Positions 31,590 through 40,498 of a stretch of 64,000 bases of DNA are shown here, one piece after another. Each line of letters opens with the position of its first letter. Within the stretch, counting starts at the first letter, position 1. Under the pieces are notes generated by a model. The model worked only from the letters and a program-made list of their open reading frames with translations, ran no database searches and was not told the DNA's origin. The stretch is from NCBI GenBank assembly GCA_947174635.1, contig CAMWJS010000003.1:37597-101596 (forward strand), in the 5' to 3' direction. The DNA is from an uncultured Muribaculaceae bacterium (GTDB taxonomy: Bacteria > Bacteroidota > Bacteroidia > Bacteroidales > Muribaculaceae). Made by a program: the position numbers and the translations under genes.

Positions 31590-33398
31590 ATGAAACGTTT
31601 TAGCTTTTTATTACTTAATATATGCCTGATTGCGCTCAGTGCAGCAGCACAAGTGTCATTCACTGCAATCCCGCCCCGCAATGTCATTGCCGGACAGCGC
31701 TTTCAGGTCGTGTTTCGACTCTCTAATGCGCAGGCCGGAAATCCTACGGTAGGGGATATCAAGGGATGTCAGCTTCTTTATGGCCCGTCACGTTCCACAA
31801 CCCAGTCATATCAGGTAATCAATGGTGTTTCCACGTCCAACTCAACAGTAGACTACACATACGTATACCGTGCTGACAACGCCGGGACATACACTATTCC
31901 GGCTGCCACAATTGATGTCGACGGAAAAAAAATGCACACAAATGAGACATCTTTTACGATATTGCCTGCCGACAGCAACTCTGCCGGACAGTCTTCGGCA
32001 CGTCCCGGCGACATTTCGACCCAGACGCCCGACCGGAAAATTACCGGAAACGACATTTTTGTAAGAGCATCGCTCAATAAATCGTCGGTCTATGAGCAGG
32101 AAGCGGTGGAGTGTACATTGAAACTTTATACCAAGTATGACGGCATATCGTCATTTGCTCAGACTACACCTGAATCTTACGAAGGCTTCCTTATCGAAGA
32201 AGTCAACTTAAAAGACAATCCGGTTGATATCGAACACTACAACGGACAGAACTATCGGGTCGTCGTACTTCGCAAATATATCATATTCCCCCAGAAGTCG
32301 GGACGACTGACTCTTAAAACAGGTGCGTATGACGTAGTCGTTCAGCAATACGAACGCATTGACAATGGCTATTTCTATATGACCCGTCCCGTTGAGCGCA
32401 ATGTGAAACTGGCATCAAGCGATGTTGTAATCAACGTGAAACCGCTTCCTTCTCCGGCTCCGGTCGACTTTGACGGGGCGGTAGGCAAATTTGATGTGAC
32501 AAGCAGTCTGACTTCGCAGGACTTGCGAACAAATGAAGCTGCCTCACTCAAATATGTAATCACCGGAACCGGCAACATAAAATACATCAAAGCGCCTAAG
32601 GTTATATTCCCTGAAGAGTTTCAGCAATACTCTCCCAGTCAGAATGTAGAGTCACGTATCGCCGGCTCTAATGTCACCGGCAAGATGGATGTGGAATACA
32701 CATTTGTTCCCGATGCTGTCGGTGATTTTGAAATAACGGCATCACCGTTTGTATATTTCGACCCGTCAAAAAATGAATATGTGACAATTGAATTGCCATC
32801 CTACAATATAAATGTGAAAAAGGGTGTGGGTGCCGGCAGTCAGGAATCTGACCCTAAAGCTGTCAAAGTAAAGAATACAGATATACGTCATATCAAGACC
32901 GGCGACAAATCCCAGTCACATACCCATGTCCTGTATACAAAAACCATCTGGTACTGGATGATATATCCGGCTTTGGCATTGATACTTGCCGGCGTAACGT
33001 TCCTGGCAGTCAAACGTCATAAAGCGAATGCAGATGTAACGGCCATGCGTAGGTCCAAGGCCGGGAAGATGGCTAAGAAGCGTCTTGCCGTAGCCGCCAC
33101 CCTGATGGGTAAAAACGACAGCGCTGCATTTTACGACGCGGTTCTAAAGGCGTTGTGGGGATATATCGGTGACAAACTCAGCATACCGGCTTCAGCTCTG
33201 ACTCGCAGCAATGTAAGTGAAGAGCTGACCCGATATGGCGCCGACGAGACGACAATTGCAAATATCATCAATGTACTCGATGAATGCGAAATGGCAAGAT
33301 ACACGCCTGAATCGCTCAACCGGCCTTTGAAAGATGTGTATGACTCTGCCTTTGAGGCAATGAACGCACTCCAGACAGTAAGTAAATCGGCAAAATAA
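31590..33398 (+). CDS. batD: BatD (oxygen-tolerance protein)
   Basis: About 602 aa. The preferred start is ATG 31590 (MKRFSFLLLNICLIALSAAAQ signal peptide); the track starts at GTG 31584. A late TM helix (WYWMIYPALALILAGVTFLAV) matches BatD topology. Confidence 0.82.
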   Translation: MKRFSFLLLNICLIALSAAAQVSFTAIPPRNVIAGQRFQVVFRLSNAQAGNPTVGDIKGCQLLYGPSRSTTQSYQVINGVSTSNSTVDYTYVYRADNAGTYTIPAATIDVDGKKMHTNETSFTILPADSNSAGQSSARPGDISTQTPDRKITGNDIFVRASLNKSSVYEQEAVECTLKLYTKYDGISSFAQTTPESYEGFLIEEVNLKDNPVDIEHYNGQNYRVVVLRKYIIFPQKSGRLTLKTGAYDVVVQQYERIDNGYFYMTRPVERNVKLASSDVVINVKPLPSPAPVDFDGAVGKFDVTSSLTSQDLRTNEAASLKYVITGTGNIKYIKAPKVIFPEEFQQYSPSQNVESRIAGSNVTGKMDVEYTFVPDAVGDFEITASPFVYFDPSKNEYVTIELPSYNINVKKGVGAGSQESDPKAVKVKNTDIRHIKTGDKSQSHTHVLYTKTIWYWMIYPALALILAGVTFLAVKRHKANADVTAMRRSKAGKMAKKRLAVAATLMGKNDSAAFYDAVLKALWGYIGDKLSIPASALTRSNVSEELTRYGADETTIANIINVLDECEMARYTPESLNRPLKDVYDSAFEAMNALQTVSKSAK

Positions 33399-33402
33399 AC
33401 TA

Positions 33403-34281
33403 ATGACAATGAAATCGATATACAAAATATTTTTATTATTGCTGTCAGTGACAGCACTCCCTGCCATTGCACAGAACTCTGAGCCCGCAACTCCAGCTGA
33501 CGATAGTTCTGCAATCCATGAAGAGACAGCAGATATGGTTTCGGGAGCCGATGCGGTACAGCTCGACCTGGCCGCTGACGAGGCATATATGCGCGGCACT
33601 CCGCAGGATTATCTTGACGCAATAAAACTATATCGGAGAGCTATCGAGAAAGACGGCAGTTCGGCCGCCATATACTACAATCTTGGCAATGCCTATTTCA
33701 GGACCGACTCTCTTGCAAAAGCCATAATTTGCTACGAAAGAGCATTGCGGCTTGACCCGACAGACAAAGACATCAGAGCCAACCTCAATTTTGTCAATAG
33801 CAAAATTATTGACGCACAGCCCGCCGACCGGATTAGCAATATACTCGTTGAGAAATCGATGCTTATGTTTTCTCCCAACGGCTGGGCGATAGTGTCGGTT
33901 GTGATTTTTATCGGTGTGCTGTTGCTTACTGCCGGATACATTTTCAGCAGCAATGTCCGCCTGCGCAAGATGTATTTCTTTATTGCACTCATCCTGCTTT
34001 TTGTCAATATAGTCAGCGTTATTGTCGCGATAAACGCAGCTTCAGTCGTCTCCGGCAATAACGAAGCTGTGGTGATTGTACCGTCGACGCAATTGTCTAC
34101 ATCTCCATCCACGCCGCTCAACGAGTCTCAGAAAGCTATGCTGCTGCATGAGGGGAGCAAGGTGAAAGTGATACGTGAGCTTGCCACTCCCAACGACCCT
34201 CGGGTAAAGAAATGGATGGAGGTGGAAGCTGCCGGTGACAACCGCGCATGGATTGATGCCGAAGCTATAGAAATAATATGA
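33403..34281 (+). CDS. batE: BatE (TPR plus TM plus SH3-like C-terminus)
   Basis: 292 aa with TPR repeats (AIYYNLGNAYFRTDSLAKAIICYERALRLDP), two TM helices and a C-terminal SH3b-like segment (KWMEVEAAGDNRAWIDAEAIE). Confidence 0.8.
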   Translation: MTMKSIYKIFLLLLSVTALPAIAQNSEPATPADDSSAIHEETADMVSGADAVQLDLAADEAYMRGTPQDYLDAIKLYRRAIEKDGSSAAIYYNLGNAYFRTDSLAKAIICYERALRLDPTDKDIRANLNFVNSKIIDAQPADRISNILVEKSMLMFSPNGWAIVSVVIFIGVLLLTAGYIFSSNVRLRKMYFFIALILLFVNIVSVIVAINAASVVSGNNEAVVIVPSTQLSTSPSTPLNESQKAMLLHEGSKVKVIRELATPNDPRVKKWMEVEAAGDNRAWIDAEAIEII

Positions 34282-34288
34282 TGAATAG

Positions 34289-34331
34289 CATTAAAGAGTA
34301 AAATTCCAGTGCGGGATTTTGCTCTTTAATG
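34289..34331 (+). terminator. Terminator of the Bat operon
   Basis: 16-bp stem cattaaagagtaaaat (34289-34304) / attttgctctttaatg (34316-34331) with one mismatch. Confidence 0.6.
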
Positions 34332-34535
34332 TATATCGCACAGCTTGATAATTAGGGATTAACAATGGCCCGTGTTTCAAAATATGCCGTAAAACATAAA
34401 AATCTATATCAACTTTTTTTGGCAAATTCAGATTATATTAATAATTTAGAGCGGAATAAAAAAACAATATTTACTTTATCGTATTATTCTTACGTTAAAG
34501 CAATAGAAATATTCACTAATTAAAATTTAAATATC

Positions 34536-34793
34536 ATGACTAAAACGATCACATTCAATGAACTTCGCCGTCTCAAAGACAGTTTGCCTGACGGCGCGAC
34601 ACATCGTATTGCTGATAAACTCAATATTACGGTCCAGACCGTCAGGAATTATTTCGGTGGTGTAAACTACGAATTTGGCAAAAACTGCGGAGTACATATC
34701 GAGCCGGGCCCCGACGGAGGTATTGTAGTGCTCGACGATACGACTATATATGACATGGCAGTAGAAATACTGCAGGAACAGGAAAATAATTAA
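34536..34793 (+). CDS. Small putative DNA-binding protein (HTH)
   Basis: 85 aa. The segment THRIADKLNITVQTVRNYFGG looks like a helix-turn-helix. It lies in an AT-rich intergenic context upstream of the usp gene. Confidence 0.5.
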   Translation: MTKTITFNELRRLKDSLPDGATHRIADKLNITVQTVRNYFGGVNYEFGKNCGVHIEPGPDGGIVVLDDTTIYDMAVEILQEQENN

Positions 34794-34855
34794 ACCACTA
34801 CGTAATAATTTATCGTAACTTAGATTAAGAGACTGTTGCAGTCTCATCTGCCGAT

Positions 34856-35983
34856 ATGGAAGAGGACAGATTAATCACCGTAGCAATACATACATACGAT
34901 CACGCTGTCGCGCTCAAAAATCTTCTTGAGCGCGAAGGCGTGGCCGCTGTTTTACACAATGTCAATCTGTCTACTCCGGTAGTATCATCGGGTGTACGTG
35001 TAAGAATAAAGGAGTCCGACTTGCCTCAGGCGCTCCGTATAATAGAGAATTCGGAAATTTTTGCCCCGGCAAAAGATTGCGTTGAGTCGTCAGATAATTC
35101 CGAACCGGTAATACTTGTCCCGGTGGATTTTTCCGATTATTCGATGAAAGCCACCCTCATGGCATTTGACGTGGCATACCGGCACAAGGCGCACATAATG
35201 CTGTTGCACTCCTTTATAAATCCGGCATTATCGAAACGGGTGCAACTTACTGATTCATTCTCATTCGAGCTCGCGGAGAGTCAGGAAGTAGAGAATGCAT
35301 TGATGCGTGCGGCTCGCATCACAATGGATCTTTTCGAGACACAGTTGAGACAGCACATCAAGAACGGAGAGATTCCCCCGGTAAAATTCAGTAATCTTAT
35401 CACAGAAGGGGTTCCGGAAGATGTCATCAACGAGACTGCAAAAAATCTTTCGCCGATATTGATAGTAATGGGTACGCGTGGAGCTGAGCGCAAGGAAGAA
35501 GAACTCATAGGCAGCGTCACTGCAGAGGTGCTTGATTCATGTAAATTCCCCGTATTCAGTATCCCGGAAAATGTCACGCTCGAGCGGATGGCCGATATAT
35601 CCCACATCCTGTTTTTCAGCAATCTCGAGCAGGAAGACCTCTTGGCCATTGAAGCCATATACCGACTTTTCAAACATCTGCCGATAGAGGTTACAATCGT
35701 ACATATCCCCGGCAAAAAAGAATTATCATCCAGCGACCGCAAGGCAATCAAATCTCTTGTGGAGTATTGCCGGAATCATTATCAGTCGTTCACTTTCAAC
35801 TCTGATGAAATAGCACTCGGCAATCTTGGGGATGACTATCGCCGTATAGCGCGGGAACACAAAGTCAACCTTGTGGCCTTGCCTAATAAGAAGAGGAATG
35901 TGTTTTTCAGATTCTTCAACCCGAGTCTTGCCCACAAGCTGCTTCTGCATGCCGACATATCAATGCTTGTTATTCCGGTATAA
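34856..35983 (+). CDS. Universal stress protein, tandem Usp domains with N-terminal DUF2007-like domain
   Basis: 375 aa. The N-terminal ~70 aa (ITVAIHTYDHAVALKNLLEREGVAAVLHN..VRVRIKESDLPQALRI) resemble the small putative signalling domain DUF2007. Two Usp-like alpha/beta domains follow (ILVPVDFSDYS.., ..LIVMGTRG..). Confidence 0.75.
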   Translation: MEEDRLITVAIHTYDHAVALKNLLEREGVAAVLHNVNLSTPVVSSGVRVRIKESDLPQALRIIENSEIFAPAKDCVESSDNSEPVILVPVDFSDYSMKATLMAFDVAYRHKAHIMLLHSFINPALSKRVQLTDSFSFELAESQEVENALMRAARITMDLFETQLRQHIKNGEIPPVKFSNLITEGVPEDVINETAKNLSPILIVMGTRGAERKEEELIGSVTAEVLDSCKFPVFSIPENVTLERMADISHILFFSNLEQEDLLAIEAIYRLFKHLPIEVTIVHIPGKKELSSSDRKAIKSLVEYCRNHYQSFTFNSDEIALGNLGDDYRRIAREHKVNLVALPNKKRNVFFRFFNPSLAHKLLLHADISMLVIPV

Positions 35984-35989
35984 CCAGCC

Positions 35990-36015
35990 GTTACCGTCAC
36001 ACAAATGACGGTAAC
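35990..36015. terminator. Hairpin between convergent usp and HU-like genes
   Basis: 10-bp stem gttaccgtca (35990-35999) / tgacggtaac (36006-36015). There is no clear T-run. Confidence 0.4.
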
Positions 36016-36067
36016 ATGCAGATTGTTTATCGGAACACATTTCAGACAGATTGATTTCTCTGATTTA

Positions 36068-37162
36068 TCATCGTTTGTTCTGACGAGTTATTTCCCGGGA
36101 TTTTTTCAGCGCGTTATTTATGCTGGCTCTGTTGTTGGCATCAATGCCATATTTCTCAGCATCGGGAATGCGCACGCGGGTGTCTGGCTCTACGCGGTCG
36201 GGATCGGAAATCACATCTTTGTTTTCTTCATATATATATACCCAGAATTCATACGAGCCATAATGTTTGCGGGAAAGCTGGGCAAGCGTTGTGGTTACAG
36301 TATCGTATATAACCGTATCAGATGAGCATACACTATCTATGCTCTGCTCTGGAGTCACTGCCGGGAGTTGATTTGTGCTGTCTCTGTCAGCCGTCGTATT
36401 TTCGACATCAAGCACTTCTGCCTCCTGCTGCTCGCCGAGGATGATTTGCTCCTCTGACTCTGGGCCGGCTCCCGAGACTAAAACCATATATGTAACAGCG
36501 GCGCCGACAATAGCTCCGCATGCTGTTCCACATAGAAAAGCCCATACCGATGACCGGCGCTTCGATTTTTCTCTGCCATCCCCTTCAGGATAGTCATCAG
36601 GCACGACAGGTGTTTGCTCTATTCGCTCTGTCTCCGGAGTCTCGTCTGCTTTATGCGCTAAGCTCTGCTCTCCGGATTCAACCATGATGTCTGATTCATT
36701 TTCATTCCCTTCATCAGAAGTGTTTTCCTTCATCGGGCAATCATCAATGATTGTTTCTGCGACTTCATTACATTCAGGATTCGACGGAGCATCGGAAATA
36801 TCTTCGGGCGCAATTTCTTCATCCGTATCGTCAATTCCTTCGACAGTTTCCGCATTGTTCAAAGTGTCGTCCATCGACAACATTTCATCGGTAACGTCAT
36901 CATCAAGTGGCTCTGGCTCAAAACAGTCAAAAGGAGCGTTCACATCTGTGGCGAATGAGCTGTCCGGAATAAAACCGACATTACCAGAGTCATCGACGGT
37001 GAAAGTTCCCAATCCCTTGACAGACACAGCTGATGCTTCCTTGAGAGAGTCAGCAATCGTCTTGAACATTTCCACGACAAAGTGTTCGCAAAAATCAGAA
37101 GTATATCCTGATTGGCGGGCAAGCATTTCGGCAAATGCAGATATGGCGATGGTCTGTTTCAT
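36068..37162 (-). CDS. HU-like N-terminal domain / acidic linker / TM helix / LysM-like C-terminal domain protein
   Basis: 364 aa. The N-terminus (FAEMLARQSGYTSDFCEHFVVEMFKTIADSLKEASAVSVKGLGTF) is HU/IHF-like. It is followed by a long D/E-rich region, a TM helix (VWAFLCGTACGAIVGAAVTYMVLV) and a C-terminus (TLAQLSRKHYGSYEFWVYIYEENKDVISDPDRVEPDTRVRIP) that is LysM-like. Confidence 0.6.
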   Translation of the reverse strand: MKQTIAISAFAEMLARQSGYTSDFCEHFVVEMFKTIADSLKEASAVSVKGLGTFTVDDSGNVGFIPDSSFATDVNAPFDCFEPEPLDDDVTDEMLSMDDTLNNAETVEGIDDTDEEIAPEDISDAPSNPECNEVAETIIDDCPMKENTSDEGNENESDIMVESGEQSLAHKADETPETERIEQTPVVPDDYPEGDGREKSKRRSSVWAFLCGTACGAIVGAAVTYMVLVSGAGPESEEQIILGEQQEAEVLDVENTTADRDSTNQLPAVTPEQSIDSVCSSDTVIYDTVTTTLAQLSRKHYGSYEFWVYIYEENKDVISDPDRVEPDTRVRIPDAEKYGIDANNRASINNALKKSREITRQNKR

Positions 37163-37440
37163 TGCTGATTGCTGATTGATTTAGTTAGAATTGTGCCCGG
37201 AGTGAACTTTGCAATGACCGACGGCGGATACAGCATACGCTGCCCCGAATTCTCATCTACGGCAATATATTCATCCTTTTTTTCTGTTTCAAAAGTCCCG
37301 AATGCGGGGATGGCAAGCAAATCGTCCTGCGCAAGGACTTCTGTAATCATCGTAATAGCCGATGACACAAGCTGCTGGGTCTCTTTATAGTTTAATGTGG
37401 CACGACGCGATAATCGTGTTATATATTGCTTATTGTCCAT
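37159..37440 (-). CDS. HU family DNA-binding protein
   Basis: 93 aa with an HU/IHF fold pattern (..QLVSSAITMITEVLAQDDLLAIPAFGTFETEKKDE...PPSVIAKFTPG). It overlaps the downstream HU-like gene by 4 bp. Confidence 0.75.
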   Translation of the reverse strand: MDNKQYITRLSRRATLNYKETQQLVSSAITMITEVLAQDDLLAIPAFGTFETEKKDEYIAVDENSGQRMLYPPSVIAKFTPGTILTKSISNQQ

Positions 37441-37500
37441 AATCCTGTCTAAAATTTTACAAAATTAAACAGAATATTTCGTTTATATGGCAAAAAAGTA

Positions 37501-37508
37501 TACCTTTG
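37501..37508 (+). promoter_or_regulatory. -7 promoter box TACCTTTG upstream of the TPP riboswitch
   Basis: Exact TAnnTTTG match about 20 bp upstream of the riboswitch 5' end. Confidence 0.5.
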
Positions 37509-37527
37509 TGGTGCAGTTAACATATTT

Positions 37528-37598
37528 TATAGGGGTGCTCCTTTACGGGCTGAGATCATACCCTTTGAACCTGATCCGGGTAATACCGGCGTAGAGAA
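37528..37598 (+). ncRNA. TPP (THI-box) riboswitch
   Basis: Contains the hallmark elements in the canonical order: aggggtgc...ctgaga...accctttgaacctgatccgggtaataccggcgtag. It lies 10 bp upstream of the TonB-dependent receptor start. Confidence 0.92.
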
Positions 37599-37607
37599 AT
37601 AAAACAA

Positions 37608-39884
37608 ATGGAAAAATTGTCAGTCATGACGATTGCTGCAATAGCCGGCTGCATGCCGGTATTGGCAGCAAATGAGACGACTGTTGCGGTAATCGATACC
37701 GATACAGTCCAGTCAGTCAACCTCGCCGAGGTTGCAGTAGTGGCCCAGCGGGCCGATTCAAAGACTCCGGTCGCATTTACCAATGTCACCGGTAAGGAAA
37801 TCGAACGAATCAACCAAGGCGTCGATATTCCTTACCTGCTGTCTATGACGCCATCGGTAGTGACAACATCTGATGCCGGAGCCGGAATAGGGTATAGTTC
37901 CATACGCATCCGCGGCACAGACGGTTCGCGTATCAATGTCACCACTAATGGTGTGCCCGTCAATGATTCGGAGAGCCACAATGTCTATTGGGTCAATCTC
38001 CCGGATATCGCATCATCGGTAAAGGATTTTCAGGTACAGCGCGGAGCCGGTACGTCGACTAATGGAGCCGGCGCATTCGGCGGCTCAATCAATATGGTCA
38101 CCGACGCGCCGTCGCGTGAGCCGTATGCCTCATTCAGCGGTTCATACGGAATGTATAATACGCATAAGGAGACTATAAAAGTCGGCACCGGAATTATGGG
38201 CGGTCATTGGGCTGCCGAAGCCCGTCTGTCAAATATCGGAACGGACGGATATATCGACCGGGCCACGGCAGATATGTATTCATATTTCGCCCAGGTTGGA
38301 TATTATGCAGGAGCATCGTCCATACGCCTTCTGGCTTTCGGAGGGAAGCAGCGCACATACATGGCCTGGGACTATGCGACAAAAGAGCAGATGGAAAAAT
38401 ATGGCCGTCGCTATAACCCTTGTGGAGAATATACCGACAAAGACGGCAACGTAGCCTACTATCCAAATCAGTACGACAACTACATACTTCATAATTTCCA
38501 GTTGCTTGCCCGACACCGGTTTACATCGGCGCTCTCTCTTGACGTCGCTTTGCACTACACAAAAGGTGACGGATACTATGAACAGTATAAGACCAAGCGT
38601 TCTCTTGTGGAATACGGGTTGTCGCCATTTGAAATTACTGTGACAAATCCTGATGGGTCGCAGTCTGTCCAGACAGTAAAAAAGACCGATCTCGTGCGTC
38701 TCAAAAAAATGGACAACGGATTCGGGGGCGGCCTTTTCAACCTGTCATATACATCAGGACGAGTGAGTGCTGTTGTCGGGGGAGCATTAAACGCATATCA
38801 CGGACGTCATTTCGGACAGGTCGCGTGGTTGCGCAATTACGTCGGTGAAATCAATCCTCTTCAGGAATATTACCGAAACACCGGCCATAAAATCGACGGC
38901 AATATATATGCGCGTGCCAAAGTAAGCCTCTATGACGGACTTTCGGCGTATGCCGACCTCCAGTACCGTCACATTTATTATACCATAAAAGGCATTTCTG
39001 ACACGTACAATTATAACACCGGCGAGATGGACCGGATTGCCATAGACAGAACATTTGATTTTTTCAATCCTAAAATTGGCGTAAATTATCTGTTCGACAG
39101 TAAGCACCGCGCGTTTGCATCGTGGTCGGTAGCGCATAAAGAGCCTACCCGCAACAACTTCATTGACTGCGCTCCCGGACGTCCTCCGAAGGCAGAGCGA
39201 TTGTTCGATTACGAAATAGGGTACAACTATATCGGCAATATTCTGACAGCCGGCATTAATCTCTACTACATGGATTACAAGGACCAGCTTGTTGCTACAG
39301 GACAATTGTCCGATACCGGAAATTCAGTTTCGGAGAATGTCCCGGCAAGTTATCGTGCCGGCATTGAGCTTCAGTTCGGATTAAAACCTTGCAGATGGTT
39401 TGATTGGAGCGTCAATGCTACCCTTTCCCGCAACCGTATAAAGGATTTTGTCGAATATATCTATGATGACAACGACTATACAAGCCATATCACTGTCAAT
39501 CATGGCTCGACCCGCATATCGTTCTCTCCCGATTTCATTCTCAACAATGCATTCAATTTTGAATGGCGTGGATTTGACGCATCTTTACAGTCGCACTATG
39601 TGTCACGTCAGTATATGACAAATTCCGAACAGAAAGACCAGTCGCTTGATGCCTATTTCGTCAGCAATCTCCTGCTTGGATACACATTCCGTATGCAAGG
39701 CTTAAAAAATGTAAGAGTCGGACTCTCTGTCAACAACCTGTTCAGCGAGAAATATGAGAACAACGGTTACGCCGGCTCGGGATATTATGTCGACGATGCA
39801 GGAGACAAGGTAATATATCACTACTCGGGTTATTCCGCACAGGCACCCGTGAATGTGATTGGTTCGGTCTCCGTCAATTTCTAA
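37608..39884 (+). CDS. TonB-dependent receptor (thiamine-regulated outer-membrane transporter)
   Basis: 758 aa with a signal peptide, a plug domain (..IRIRGTDGSRINVTTNGVPVND..), a long beta-barrel and a terminal ..SVSVNF. It is directly controlled by the TPP riboswitch. Confidence 0.9.
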   Translation: MEKLSVMTIAAIAGCMPVLAANETTVAVIDTDTVQSVNLAEVAVVAQRADSKTPVAFTNVTGKEIERINQGVDIPYLLSMTPSVVTTSDAGAGIGYSSIRIRGTDGSRINVTTNGVPVNDSESHNVYWVNLPDIASSVKDFQVQRGAGTSTNGAGAFGGSINMVTDAPSREPYASFSGSYGMYNTHKETIKVGTGIMGGHWAAEARLSNIGTDGYIDRATADMYSYFAQVGYYAGASSIRLLAFGGKQRTYMAWDYATKEQMEKYGRRYNPCGEYTDKDGNVAYYPNQYDNYILHNFQLLARHRFTSALSLDVALHYTKGDGYYEQYKTKRSLVEYGLSPFEITVTNPDGSQSVQTVKKTDLVRLKKMDNGFGGGLFNLSYTSGRVSAVVGGALNAYHGRHFGQVAWLRNYVGEINPLQEYYRNTGHKIDGNIYARAKVSLYDGLSAYADLQYRHIYYTIKGISDTYNYNTGEMDRIAIDRTFDFFNPKIGVNYLFDSKHRAFASWSVAHKEPTRNNFIDCAPGRPPKAERLFDYEIGYNYIGNILTAGINLYYMDYKDQLVATGQLSDTGNSVSENVPASYRAGIELQFGLKPCRWFDWSVNATLSRNRIKDFVEYIYDDNDYTSHITVNHGSTRISFSPDFILNNAFNFEWRGFDASLQSHYVSRQYMTNSEQKDQSLDAYFVSNLLLGYTFRMQGLKNVRVGLSVNNLFSEKYENNGYAGSGYYVDDAGDKVIYHYSGYSAQAPVNVIGSVSVNF

Positions 39885-39922
39885 ACAGATAATGCTGTTA
39901 TACTCTCAACGTGGATACAATA

Positions 39923-40498
39923 ATGACATTTTTAGCCGGGCATGCAATCGAGATAGTCGGTCTTGTGCTCGGCTTGTTTTATCTTTATTTTGAATATCAT
40001 GCAAGTACCTGGGTGTGGCTGTTCAGCCTGCTGATGCCTATGGTATCGATGGTAGTATATTTCGATGCCGGATTATATGCCGATTTTTCAATCAACATAT
40101 ATTATCTGCTGGCGTCGGCCTACGGGCTTGTCAAATGGCGAGGTACAAAACGTAAAAAAGGAGTGGAGATATCTCATATCTCCACTCCGACAGCGTTATG
40201 CTCGACAGGCGTTATGCTTATTATCTGGCTTGCGATATACGTCCTGCTTCATAATTTTACCAATTCGACGGTTCCTGTAATGGATGCGCTGACCACAGCC
40301 GTAAGCATTGTCGGCACGTGGATGCTCGCACGTAAATATATCGAGCAGTGGATTGCATGGATATTGGTCGATGCCGTATGTGTAGGATTGTACATCTACA
40401 AGGATATTCCATTCTATGCGGCGCTTTATGCCATATATACCGTTGTGGCAATCTTCGGCTACAGGAAGTGGCGCAGGCTGATGTCAGCGCAGGCTTAG
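39923..40498 (+). CDS. PnuC-family transporter (probable thiamine transporter PnuT type)
   Basis: About 191 aa from ATG 39923; the track uses GTG 39911. It has seven hydrophobic helices and the PnuC-like W..W..D pattern (IEQWIAWILVDAVCVGLY). It sits downstream of the TPP-regulated receptor. Confidence 0.8.
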   Translation: MTFLAGHAIEIVGLVLGLFYLYFEYHASTWVWLFSLLMPMVSMVVYFDAGLYADFSINIYYLLASAYGLVKWRGTKRKKGVEISHISTPTALCSTGVMLIIWLAIYVLLHNFTNSTVPVMDALTTAVSIVGTWMLARKYIEQWIAWILVDAVCVGLYIYKDIPFYAALYAIYTVVAIFGYRKWRRLMSAQA

